Below are positions 37,308 through 47,421 of a DNA stretch of 64,000 nt, piece after piece. The stretch spans positions 12,305 through 76,304 of the forward strand of contig SEAY01000045.1 in NCBI GenBank assembly GCA_004144865.1. Reading direction: 5' to 3'. Both the position numbers and the translations under genes were made by a program. The DNA is from Comamonadaceae bacterium (lineage in GTDB: Bacteria; Pseudomonadota; Gammaproteobacteria; Burkholderiales; Burkholderiaceae_C). How positions within the stretch are numbered: the stretch's first letter is position 1; each line of letters starts with the position of its first letter. A model generated the notes under the pieces. That model was not told where the DNA came from and did no database searches. It saw nothing but the letters and a program-made list of their open reading frames with translations.

Positions 37308-37320
37308 TGCTAATCTAGCA
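37308..37320. promoter_or_regulatory. Palindrome TGCTAATCTAGCA in the dctP/iclR divergent region (candidate IclR operator)
   Basis: Perfect 5-bp arms with a 3-nt spacer. It is the only obvious dyad in the 88-nt intergenic region. Confidence 0.25.
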
Positions 37321-37353
37321 AATGAAACGCAACGCGCAGACACGTTGAATACT

Positions 37354-38178
37354 ATGAAACAGGCGCACCCGGCACGCAGCGATCCGGCGCACCGCGCCAG
37401 CGGTCCGGCGGCGACGCACCGCTCGCTGGAACGCGGCCTCGCCGCGATCGAGCTGGTGGCCGCGGCGGGCAGCCCGCTCGCCCTGGCGGAAATCGCGCGC
37501 CGCCTCGGCCTGCACCGCAGCACCGCGCACCACCTGCTGCAGACGCTGGTGGCGCTCGGGTGGCTGCGGCAGGAGGAGGACTCGCGCGGCTATGCGCTCT
37601 CCGCGCGGCCGTACCAGCTCACGGGCCGCAAGTGGAGCGTGGCGCAGGTCGGCGAGATCGCGCAGCCGCTGCTGGAGAAGCTCACCGCGGAAACGGGCGA
37701 AGGCAGCAGCGTCGCCGCCTGGGTGGACGGCATCGTCACCATCGCCGCCAAGCGCGAACACGACGGGCCCGTGCGCGTGGTGCAGGACGTGGGCGGCACG
37801 CGCCCTGTCTACTGCACCGCCGTGGGCAAGGCCATCGCCGGCTGGCTGCCACGCGCCGAAGTACTGGCTGCGCTCGCACGCGAACCCATGGTGGCGCTCA
37901 CCCCCAAGACCATCACCACCGTGCCCGCCTTCGAGCAGGAGCTGCGCCGCATCCGCAACGCGGGCTACGCGCTCGACGACGAAGAGCAGTTCGAAGGGCT
38001 GCGCTGCATCGCGATGCCGGTCTTCTGCCACACCGGCGAGGTGCTGGGCTCGATCTGCGTGGTCGGCCCCAAGCACCGCATGACGCACCAGAAGATCGCT
38101 TCCGTGCGGGCGCCGCTCGGCAAGTTCGCCCGCGAACTGTCGCAGCGGCTCGGGTTCGTGGACGCGGGACGGAAATGA
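37354..38178 (+). CDS. IclR family transcriptional regulator
   Basis: MKQAHPARSD...SLERGLAAIELVAAAGSPLALAEIARRLGLHRSTAHHLLQTLVALGWL (HTH_IclR) plus a C-terminal effector domain. Confidence 0.9.
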   Translation: MKQAHPARSDPAHRASGPAATHRSLERGLAAIELVAAAGSPLALAEIARRLGLHRSTAHHLLQTLVALGWLRQEEDSRGYALSARPYQLTGRKWSVAQVGEIAQPLLEKLTAETGEGSSVAAWVDGIVTIAAKREHDGPVRVVQDVGGTRPVYCTAVGKAIAGWLPRAEVLAALAREPMVALTPKTITTVPAFEQELRRIRNAGYALDDEEQFEGLRCIAMPVFCHTGEVLGSICVVGPKHRMTHQKIASVRAPLGKFARELSQRLGFVDAGRK

Positions 38179-38188
38179 GGAGGACGGC

Positions 38189-38959
38189 ATGAAGGTGGAA
38201 CACCGGTTCGGCCTGGCGGGCAGGCAGGCGCTCGTGATAGGCGGCGGCAGCGGCATAGGCCGGGCGATCGCCGTGGGGCTGGCGGAGGCCGGCGCGGACG
38301 TGCACCTGGCGGGCCGCCGCGAAGACGTGCTCGAGGGCGCATGCGGCCAGCTGCGCGCGCTGGGCCGCAGCTCGCGCGCGTTCCCGGTGGACGCCACCGA
38401 CATGGACGCGCTCCGCGAGTTCGTGGGCGCCGTCGGCGTGTCGGTCGGCCTGCCGGACATCCTGGTCAACGCGCAGGGCGTGATGCAGCTCGCGGCCGCG
38501 GAGGATTACGAGCCGGAGGACTACGACCGGATCATGGACACCAACGTCAAGAGCGTCTGGTTCGCCAGCAGCTGGTTCGGGCGGGCCATGCTGGGGCGCG
38601 GCAGCGGCTGCATCATCAGCATCGCGTCGCTGGCGAGCTACCGGGGCTTCGCGCGCAACGGCATCTACTGCATGAGCAAGCACGGCGTGAAGGCCATGAC
38701 GGAGACGCTCGCCTCCGAGTGGGCGGCGCGGGGCGTGCGCGTGAACGCGATCGCGCCGGGCTTCTTCATGACGGCGCTGAACAAGGACTCGATGACGGAG
38801 GAGCGCAAGGCGCGCGCCGTGGCGCGCACGCCCATGGGCCGCTTCGGCGACCTCGACGAACTCGCGGGCGCGGCGATCTACCTGGCCTCGCCGGCGGCGA
38901 AGTACGTCACCGGGGTCACGATCCCCGTGGACGGCGGTTTCCTGGCTGCGGGGATGTAG
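38189..38959 (+). CDS. SDR family oxidoreductase (gluconate 5-dehydrogenase / KduD-like)
   Basis: ALVIGGGSGIGRAIA, NAQG, YCMSKHG (YxxxK), and IPVDGGF at the C-terminus. Confidence 0.9.
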   Translation: MKVEHRFGLAGRQALVIGGGSGIGRAIAVGLAEAGADVHLAGRREDVLEGACGQLRALGRSSRAFPVDATDMDALREFVGAVGVSVGLPDILVNAQGVMQLAAAEDYEPEDYDRIMDTNVKSVWFASSWFGRAMLGRGSGCIISIASLASYRGFARNGIYCMSKHGVKAMTETLASEWAARGVRVNAIAPGFFMTALNKDSMTEERKARAVARTPMGRFGDLDELAGAAIYLASPAAKYVTGVTIPVDGGFLAAGM

Positions 38960-39265
38960 CTACTTCGGCTCGACGTCCGTCACGTCGGCCAACCGGCCGC
39001 GCGCCGGGCCTGCGGCGGAATCCGCGCGCGGCGTGCGGCTGGGCTCCGCTGGCTGGTGCGCGCGACGCATCATCTCCTCGAACGCCTGCCCGGGTCCCAT
39101 CCGCATCGCAAACGGCATCACCGGCCGGCCCGTGAGCTTGCACCAGGCGGCGCGCACGCCCCAGACGGCCAGCAGCAGGAGCGCCACGCAGGCCAGTGAC
39201 AGCGCGAGGACCACGCCGGCGGCCAGCAGCAGCGCTCGCAAGAGGAAGTTCAGCAGGATGGGCAT
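38960..39265 (-). CDS. Hypothetical small membrane protein
   Basis: MPILLNFLLRALLLAAGVVLALSLACVALLLLAVWGVRAAW... with two hydrophobic helices. It lies immediately downstream of clpB. Confidence 0.45.
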   Translation of the reverse strand: MPILLNFLLRALLLAAGVVLALSLACVALLLLAVWGVRAAWCKLTGRPVMPFAMRMGPGQAFEEMMRRAHQPAEPSRTPRADSAAGPARGRLADVTDVEPK

Positions 39266-39323
39266 GCGGGTGTGATTGTCGCGCAGGCGGAAAGTGCCCC
39301 GCCGGCGCGGCGGCCACACCGCG

Positions 39324-41948
<2,625 letters not shown>

Positions 41949-41974
41949 GGGTGCGAAATACTCCGTTACGGCCC

Positions 41975-42002
41975 AGATAGGCTTGACGCGGTACTTTTCA
42001 AG
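41975..42002 (-). promoter_or_regulatory. Sigma32 (RpoH)-type heat-shock promoter of clpB
   Basis: The minus strand reads CTTGAAA (42002-41996), a 14-nt spacer, then CCTATCT (41981-41975). The consensus is CTTGAAA-N13-15-CCCCATNT. It is 27 nt upstream of the clpB ATG. Confidence 0.6.
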
Positions 42003-42052
42003 GCCGGAGTGTGGGCCGGACCCGCCCTCGCGTGCTGACTAGAATCAAGTCC

Positions 42053-42575
42053 ATGCAGATCCACCAGATGTCGGTGACCTACCTGCCCGAGCAGGACCGC
42101 ATCCTCATGCGCGTGAACACCACCGAGGGGGAGGAGATGCGCATGTGGCTCACCCGCCGCCTGATGGTAGGCCTGTGGCCGCTCCTCACCAAGCTCCTCA
42201 CCGAGCACCTGCTCAAGCTGGATGGCGGATTTCCGCAAGGAGGAGTTCCTGCAGCACGCCGACTTCGACACGCCCTACAAGGAAGGGCAGGCCGACCTGC
42301 CGCTGGGCGAGGACCCGCTGCTGGTGACCGACGTGGACGCCAGCCCCCTCACGGCCGGGCCGCTGTGCCTGAATTTCAACGAGCGGCCGCCGCACGGCGA
42401 CGCCAAGCCGCGCACCTTCCAGATGGAGATGCAGCCCAAGCTGATGCAGGGCCTGATGCACCTGCTCGACCAGGCGCTGCTGCAGTCGCAATGGCGCGAG
42501 CCTTTCGCGCACGCGCCTGCCGAGCCGCCGCAGGAAGACGGCGCGGAGCCGCCGCGGCCACGCTACTTGAACTGA
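42053..42575 (+). pseudogene. Conserved hypothetical gene divergent from clpB, with a +1 frame change near 42215-42225 (pseudogene or sequencing error)
   Basis: MQIHQMSVTYLPEQDRILMRVNTTEGEEMRMWLTRRLMVGLWPLLTKLLTEHLLKLD then degenerates into Arg/Ala junk that runs through a REP. The protein-like continuation ADFRKEEFLQHADFDTPYKEGQADLPLGEDPLLVTD...RPRYLN is in the +1 frame (ORF 42222..42575). Confidence 0.6.
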
Positions 42576-42580
42576 TCCTT

Positions 42581-42643
42581 CGTCGTCCCCGCGCAGGCGG
42601 GGACCCAGGGCGCCCTGGATTCCCGCCTGCGCGGGAATGACGG
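42581..42643. repeat. REP family 1, inverted pair
   Basis: CGTCGTCCCCGCGCAGGCGGGGACCCAGGG directly abuts CGCCCTGGATTCCCGCCTGCGCGGGAATGACGG. It lies between convergent gene ends. Confidence 0.7.
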
Positions 42644-42650
42644 TGGAGGG

Positions 42651-43880
42651 CTACTTCGTCGCTTCCAGCGAAAATCCCGCGACCTTCTTGTAGTCGTCCG
42701 AGATGCGCCGCAGTTCCTCCTGGCTCACCAGGTCGTCGATGCTGCCTTCGTAGGGCCGGCCCCCGCTCAATTCGTCCGCCTTCATGATGATGAAGTCCGG
42801 CGGCACGGTCCGGTTGGTTTCCACCACGCGCGCGGTCGCCGGCAGGCGCACGGCCTCGTACTGCCGAAGGGCCGCCACGGGATCGCCGCGCTCGCCCAGC
42901 AAGCTGGCCAGCATCGCCGCGTCGATCAGCGCCTGCGCGCTGCCATTGGACCCCCGCGGATACATCGGGTGCGCGGCGTCCCCGAGCAGGGTGACACGCC
43001 CGAAGGTCCAGCGCGGAACCGGGTCCTTGTCGACCATCGGGTATTCCAGGACCTCGCTGGCCGTGGAGATCAGCCGGGGCACGTCGAGCCAGTCGAATCG
43101 CCAGTCCGCGTAGACCGGCAGGAAGTCCTGCAGGCTGCCGGGCTTGTTCCAGTCGTTCCTGCCCCGGTCGGCGCTGCGGATCTCGGCCACCCAGTTGATC
43201 AACTGGTTGCCCTTCCCGTCCACGTCGTCGACGATGGGATAGATCACCATCTTGCCGGTGTCGATGGAACCGATGCGCAGGTAGGTCTTGCCGCCGAGGA
43301 TCGGCGGGTGCACCGTCACGCCCCGCCAGGTGTTGATGCCGGCGAAGGCCACCTGCTCCTGCGGATAGAACTGGCGGCGCACGGCCGAATTCACGCCGTC
43401 GCAGGCGATCACCACGTCCGCCGTGACGCACGGGTGCGGGCGGCCGGTGGCGTCCTCGAAGGAGAGCGTGACCTCACGGTCGTCCTGCTGCAGGCCCGTG
43501 CAGCGGTGGTCCAGGTGGACATGCGCCGCGCCGAGACGCTCCACGGCCGCGCGGTAGAGCACGCCATGCAGCTTGCCGCGATGCATGCCGAGCTCCGGCA
43601 CGCCGTAGCCGGCATGCCGCCCGCGCGGCTCGCGGTAGATGTACTGCCCCCAGCGATTGAAGAAAACGCTTTCGAGGTTCTCGATGCCCAGGGCCTCCAG
43701 CTCCGGCTGCACTCCCAGGGCCGCCAGCTCGCGCATGGCGTGCGGCAGCAGCGTGATGCCCACGCCCAGCTCCTTCACCTGCGGCGCGGCCTCGAAGACC
43801 TCGCACGCGATGCCGCGCTGCTGCAGGCCGAGCGCCAGCGCGAGGCCACCTATGCCCCCGCCCACGACTGCGATGCGCAT
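42651..43880 (-). CDS. FAD-dependent aromatic-ring monooxygenase (salicylate / 3-hydroxybenzoate hydroxylase-like)
   Basis: MRIAVVGGGIGGLALALGL (GxGxxG), CDGVNSAVR (DG motif), and LLGDAAHPMYPRGSNGSAQALIDA (GD motif). Confidence 0.85.
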   Translation of the reverse strand: MRIAVVGGGIGGLALALGLQQRGIACEVFEAAPQVKELGVGITLLPHAMRELAALGVQPELEALGIENLESVFFNRWGQYIYREPRGRHAGYGVPELGMHRGKLHGVLYRAAVERLGAAHVHLDHRCTGLQQDDREVTLSFEDATGRPHPCVTADVVIACDGVNSAVRRQFYPQEQVAFAGINTWRGVTVHPPILGGKTYLRIGSIDTGKMVIYPIVDDVDGKGNQLINWVAEIRSADRGRNDWNKPGSLQDFLPVYADWRFDWLDVPRLISTASEVLEYPMVDKDPVPRWTFGRVTLLGDAAHPMYPRGSNGSAQALIDAAMLASLLGERGDPVAALRQYEAVRLPATARVVETNRTVPPDFIIMKADELSGGRPYEGSIDDLVSQEELRRISDDYKKVAGFSLEATK

Positions 43881-43884
43881 GCGA

Positions 43885-44880
43885 CTACTCGGGCTTGATG
43901 TTGGCGGCGCGGATCACGCCGGCCCAGCGCTCGGCGTCGCGCACGACCAGGCGGCGGAAGTCCTCCGCCGAACTCCACGCGGGGTCCATGCCCTGCGCCT
44001 GGAAGGCGGTGCGCACCTCGGGCGTGGCGAGGATGTCCTTCAGCTCGCGATTGAGCTGGGCCACCTGGTCCGGCGGGGTACCCGGCGGGGCGAAGATGCC
44101 GTACCACATGTCCACGTTCACGTCGCCCGCGTTCGCCTGCGCGACGGTGGGCACGTCGGGCATCAGCGCATGGCGCTTGTCGCTGCCGATCGCCAGCGCG
44201 ACCAGCTTGCCCGTCTTCACGTGCGGCAGCGCCACGTGGATGGGCAGGAACATGGCTTCCACCTGGCCGCCCAGCAGGTCGGTCACGGCCTGCGCGGTCC
44301 CGCGGTACGGGATATGCGTGAGGTACACGCCGGCGGCCTGCTTGAACAGCTCCATCGACATGTGGTGCGGCGTGCCCACGCCGGGGCTGGCGTAGTTCAG
44401 GCGGCCGGGCCGCTCCTTCGCCGCCTTCACCAGCGCGCCGGCGCTGGTGATCTTCGTGCCGGGGTGCGTCACCAGGACCAGCTGGCCCCAGCTCGTGAGC
44501 GCGACCGGCACGAGGTCCTTCACCGGGTCGAAGGGCAGTTGCGGATAGAGGCCGCGGTTCATGACGAGGGTGTTGACGCTCACCAGCAGCGTGTTGCCGT
44601 CGGCGGGCGCGCGCACCACGGCTTCGGTGCCGATGTTGCCGGAGGCGCCGGTGCGGTTCTCCACCACCACGGGGCGGCTCAGGCGCTGGGCCAGGCGCGG
44701 CCCGACGGTGCGGGCCACGATGTCGATGCCGGTGCCCGGCGTGAACGGAACGATGAGCTTCAGCGGCACGCCTGCGGCGGACGGCTGGGGCGCCTGCGCG
44801 GCGGCCTGCAGGCTGCAGATGGCAAGCAACGCGGCGGCGGCGCGCAGCAGCTTCATGGGTTGCGATTGGATGGTTGGCAT
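43885..44880 (-). CDS. Bug/TctC family substrate-binding protein
   Basis: MPTIQSQPMKLLRAAAALLAICSLQAAAQA...LKLIVPFTPGTGIDIVAR...VVENRTGASG. It ends 4 nt upstream of the monooxygenase start. An alternative start is at 44856. Confidence 0.9.
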   Translation of the reverse strand: MPTIQSQPMKLLRAAAALLAICSLQAAAQAPQPSAAGVPLKLIVPFTPGTGIDIVARTVGPRLAQRLSRPVVVENRTGASGNIGTEAVVRAPADGNTLLVSVNTLVMNRGLYPQLPFDPVKDLVPVALTSWGQLVLVTHPGTKITSAGALVKAAKERPGRLNYASPGVGTPHHMSMELFKQAAGVYLTHIPYRGTAQAVTDLLGGQVEAMFLPIHVALPHVKTGKLVALAIGSDKRHALMPDVPTVAQANAGDVNVDMWYGIFAPPGTPPDQVAQLNRELKDILATPEVRTAFQAQGMDPAWSSAEDFRRLVVRDAERWAGVIRAANIKPE

Positions 44881-44949
44881 GCTAACGACTATCGCCGGGC
44901 CCGCGGCAAGGCACAATCCGCGCATACCCGGACGCGATCCCCTCCAGCC

Positions 44950-45456
44950 GTGCCCCCTCCGCCGAAGACCCCGCAGACCCTCTCCCGCCTGTATGCCCGC
45001 CCCGGCTTCCTGCTGCGCCGCGCGCACCAGATTTCCGCCGCCGTGTTCGAGGACGCGTGCAAGGAGCTGGCGCTGACGCCCGCCCAGTTCGGCGTGCTCA
45101 CGGTGCTGCAGGCGCATCCAGGCCTGGGCCAGTCGAGCCTGGCGCGCGCCCTCGGCTTCGACAAGGTCACGGTGCTGCGGGTGCTGCGCGGCCTGGAAGC
45201 GCGCGGGCTGGTCACGCGCGGCCCTTCCGCGGGAAGCCGGCGCAATGTGTCGGTGAGCCTCACCGAACAGGGCGCGCGCGTGCTGCAGCAGGCGCAGAAG
45301 CCCGCCGAGCGCGCCTACAAGCGGCTGATGGGCCCGCTGGACCGCGCGCAGCAGGAACAGCTGCTCCACCTGCTGCAGTTGCTGACCGGTGAACTCGAGG
45401 ACGAGGCCCGGGCGGCCTTCGTGCCGCCGCCCGCACCGGCGCGTCAGGCGGCGTAA
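44950..45456 (+). CDS. MarR family transcriptional regulator
   Basis: A GTG start gives VPPPPKTPQTLSRLYARPGFLLRRAHQISAAVFEDACKELALTPAQFGVLTVLQAHPGLGQSSLARALGFDKVTVLRVLRGLEARGLV. It is divergent from the Bug/monooxygenase pair. Confidence 0.85.
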   Translation: MPPPPKTPQTLSRLYARPGFLLRRAHQISAAVFEDACKELALTPAQFGVLTVLQAHPGLGQSSLARALGFDKVTVLRVLRGLEARGLVTRGPSAGSRRNVSVSLTEQGARVLQQAQKPAERAYKRLMGPLDRAQQEQLLHLLQLLTGELEDEARAAFVPPPAPARQAA

Positions 45457-45482
45457 GCGCAGCGCGGCTATGCTTCGGGCCC

Positions 45483-46472
45483 ATGGCCCAACCCCACCGC
45501 TTCCAACCCCTGCGCCGCCTGCTGCTGGCAGGCCTCTTCACCGCTGCCGCCGGCCTCGCCCACGCCCAGGCCCCGGGCGGCACGCCGATCCGCATCCTCG
45601 TGGGCTTCCCGCCCGGCGGCGGCACCGATGCCATCGCACGCGTGCTGGCCGAGAAGATGAAGGACGTGCTGAACCAGCCGGTGGTGGTGGAGAACCGCGC
45701 GGGCGCCGGCGGGCAGATCGCGGCGCACGCGCTCAAGGCGGCGGCGCCGGACGGCACGACGCTGTTCCTCAGCCACGACCATTCCATCTCGATCCTGCCG
45801 CTGGTGACGAAGAACGCCGGCTTCGACCCCGCCGCCGATTTCGTGCCGGTGGCCGGCTTCGCGACCTTCGCCAACGGCTTGGCGGTCGCGGGCGAAACGC
45901 CCGCGAAATCGGTGGCCGAGTACGTGGCCTGGGTGAAGTCCGCCAAGGGCGGCAAGGACACCATCGGCGTGCCGGCGCCGGGTTCCATCCCCGAGTTCCT
46001 GGTCACCCTGATGGCGAAGAAGTACCAGCTGGACCTGCAGGCGGCGCCGTACCGCGGCAGCGCGCCCATGATGGCGGACATGCTGGGCAACCAGATCAGC
46101 GCCGGCATGGGCTCGGTGCCGGACTTCGTCGAGAACCAGAAAGCCGGCAAGATCCGCATGGTCGCGGTGATCGGGAACAAGCGCCAGGCCATCCTGCCGG
46201 ACGTGCCCACGTTCAGGGAACTGGGCCTCGCCGGCCTGGAGGACCTGCCCTACTACGGACTGTTCGCCCCCGCGGGCACGCCGCCCGCGCAGCTGGAGCG
46301 CATCGGCAAGGCGCTGCAGCAGGTCGTCGCGATGCCGGACGTGCACGAGCGCCTCACGGGCATGGGCCTGACGGTGGAATACCAGCCACAGGCGCCCTTT
46401 GCGAACCGCGTGAAGGGTTACACGCAGACCTGGACGAAGATCATCCGGGACAGCGGGTTCCAGCCGAAGTGA
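45483..46472 (+). CDS. Bug/TctC family substrate-binding protein
   Basis: Signal peptide, then IRILVGFPPGGGTDAIARVLAEKM...VVVENRAGAGG. Confidence 0.9.
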   Translation: MAQPHRFQPLRRLLLAGLFTAAAGLAHAQAPGGTPIRILVGFPPGGGTDAIARVLAEKMKDVLNQPVVVENRAGAGGQIAAHALKAAAPDGTTLFLSHDHSISILPLVTKNAGFDPAADFVPVAGFATFANGLAVAGETPAKSVAEYVAWVKSAKGGKDTIGVPAPGSIPEFLVTLMAKKYQLDLQAAPYRGSAPMMADMLGNQISAGMGSVPDFVENQKAGKIRMVAVIGNKRQAILPDVPTFRELGLAGLEDLPYYGLFAPAGTPPAQLERIGKALQQVVAMPDVHERLTGMGLTVEYQPQAPFANRVKGYTQTWTKIIRDSGFQPK

Positions 46473-46518
46473 CGCCCGGCACGCGGTGGACGCTTCGGCG
46501 CCGCGCGACGCCACGGAA

Positions 46519-46689
46519 TGTCGGGGTTCGGCTTCGCGCTCACCCCGACCTACGGGATGCGGCGCGGCGCCGCGGGTTCAGGCGCTCGTAGGTCGTACGT
46601 CGTAGGTTGGGGTGAGCGCGAAGCCGAACCCCAACTTTTCACCGCGCAAGACACCGGGATTCGGCTCCGCGCTCCCCGCCGGCCTACAG
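46519..46689. repeat. REP family 2 cluster (three units: direct, inverted, direct)
   Basis: TGTCGGGGTTCGGCTTCGCGCTCACCCCGACCTACG (46519-46554), inverted CGTAGGTTGGGGTGAGCGCGAAGCCGAACCCCAAC (46601-46635), and CACCGGGATTCGGCTCCGCGCTCCCCGCCGGCCTACAG (46652-46689). Confidence 0.75.
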
Positions 46690-46691
46690 AG

Positions 46692-47165
46692 CTAGCCGTT
46701 GCGGCTCGCGATGCCCCAGCGCTCCAGCGCCGCATCGTCCGCCACGCGGGCATCGACCCAGCGCTCGCCTTCGGGGGTGCTTTCCTTCTTCCAGAACGGC
46801 GCCTGCGTCTTCAGGTAGTCCATCAGGAACTCGCAGGCGCGGAAGCTCTCGCCGCGGTGCGAGGATGTGACCACCACCAGCACGATCTGGTCCTGCAGCT
46901 GCAGGGGGCCGACGCGATGGATCACGCGGGCGCCGCGGATGTCGAAGCGGCGGAAGGCCTCGTCGATCATCTCGTCGATCGCCTTTTCCGTCATGCCGGG
47001 ATAGTGCTCCAGCTCCATCGCGCTCACGCTGCTGCCGTCGTTGCGGTCCCGCACCGTGCCGATGAAGCTGCACACCGCCCCAACACCCGCATCCTCGCGA
47101 CGCAGCGCGGCGATCTCGGCGGCGACGTCGAAGTCCTCGGTCTGGATGGACACGCGGGCGGCCAT
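46692..47165 (-). CDS. moaE: Molybdopterin synthase catalytic subunit
   Basis: MAARVSIQTEDFDVAAEIAALRRED...VCSFIGTVRD...MELEHYPGMTEKA...HRGESFRACEFLMDYLKTQAPFWKKE. Confidence 0.9.
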   Translation of the reverse strand: MAARVSIQTEDFDVAAEIAALRREDAGVGAVCSFIGTVRDRNDGSSVSAMELEHYPGMTEKAIDEMIDEAFRRFDIRGARVIHRVGPLQLQDQIVLVVVTSSHRGESFRACEFLMDYLKTQAPFWKKESTPEGERWVDARVADDAALERWGIASRNG

Positions 47166-47169
47166 GGCC

Positions 47170-47421
47170 TCAGCCTCCCGTGACGGGGGGAAAGAAAGCA
47201 ACCTCGCAGCCCTCGCGCAGGGCCGCGCCGTCGTCGCTCATCTCCTGGTCCAGCGCCATGCGCACCGCGCGGCCGCGGGCCAGGGCCGTGGCATAGGGCT
47301 CGCCGCGCGCGACCAGCTCGTCGCGCAGCGCGCCCAGCGTCTCGCTGCGGGTCTGCAGCGTCTCGGCGCCCTGCCCCACGGCCTCGCGGATCGAGGCGAA
47401 ATAGCGGATCTTCAGGTTCAT
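47170..47421 (-). CDS. moaD: Molybdopterin synthase sulfur carrier subunit
   Basis: 83 aa, MNLKIRYFASIREAVG..., ending in the obligatory C-terminal GG (FFPPVTGG). Confidence 0.9.
   Translation of the reverse strand: MNLKIRYFASIREAVGQGAETLQTRSETLGALRDELVARGEPYATALARGRAVRMALDQEMSDDGAALREGCEVAFFPPVTGG

Noticed and set aside
42011-42640. 209-aa ORF taken at face value as an intact gene.
   Set aside because: After residue ~70 it becomes Arg/Ala/Gly junk and continues through a REP pair. The protein-like continuation is in another frame (42222..42575).
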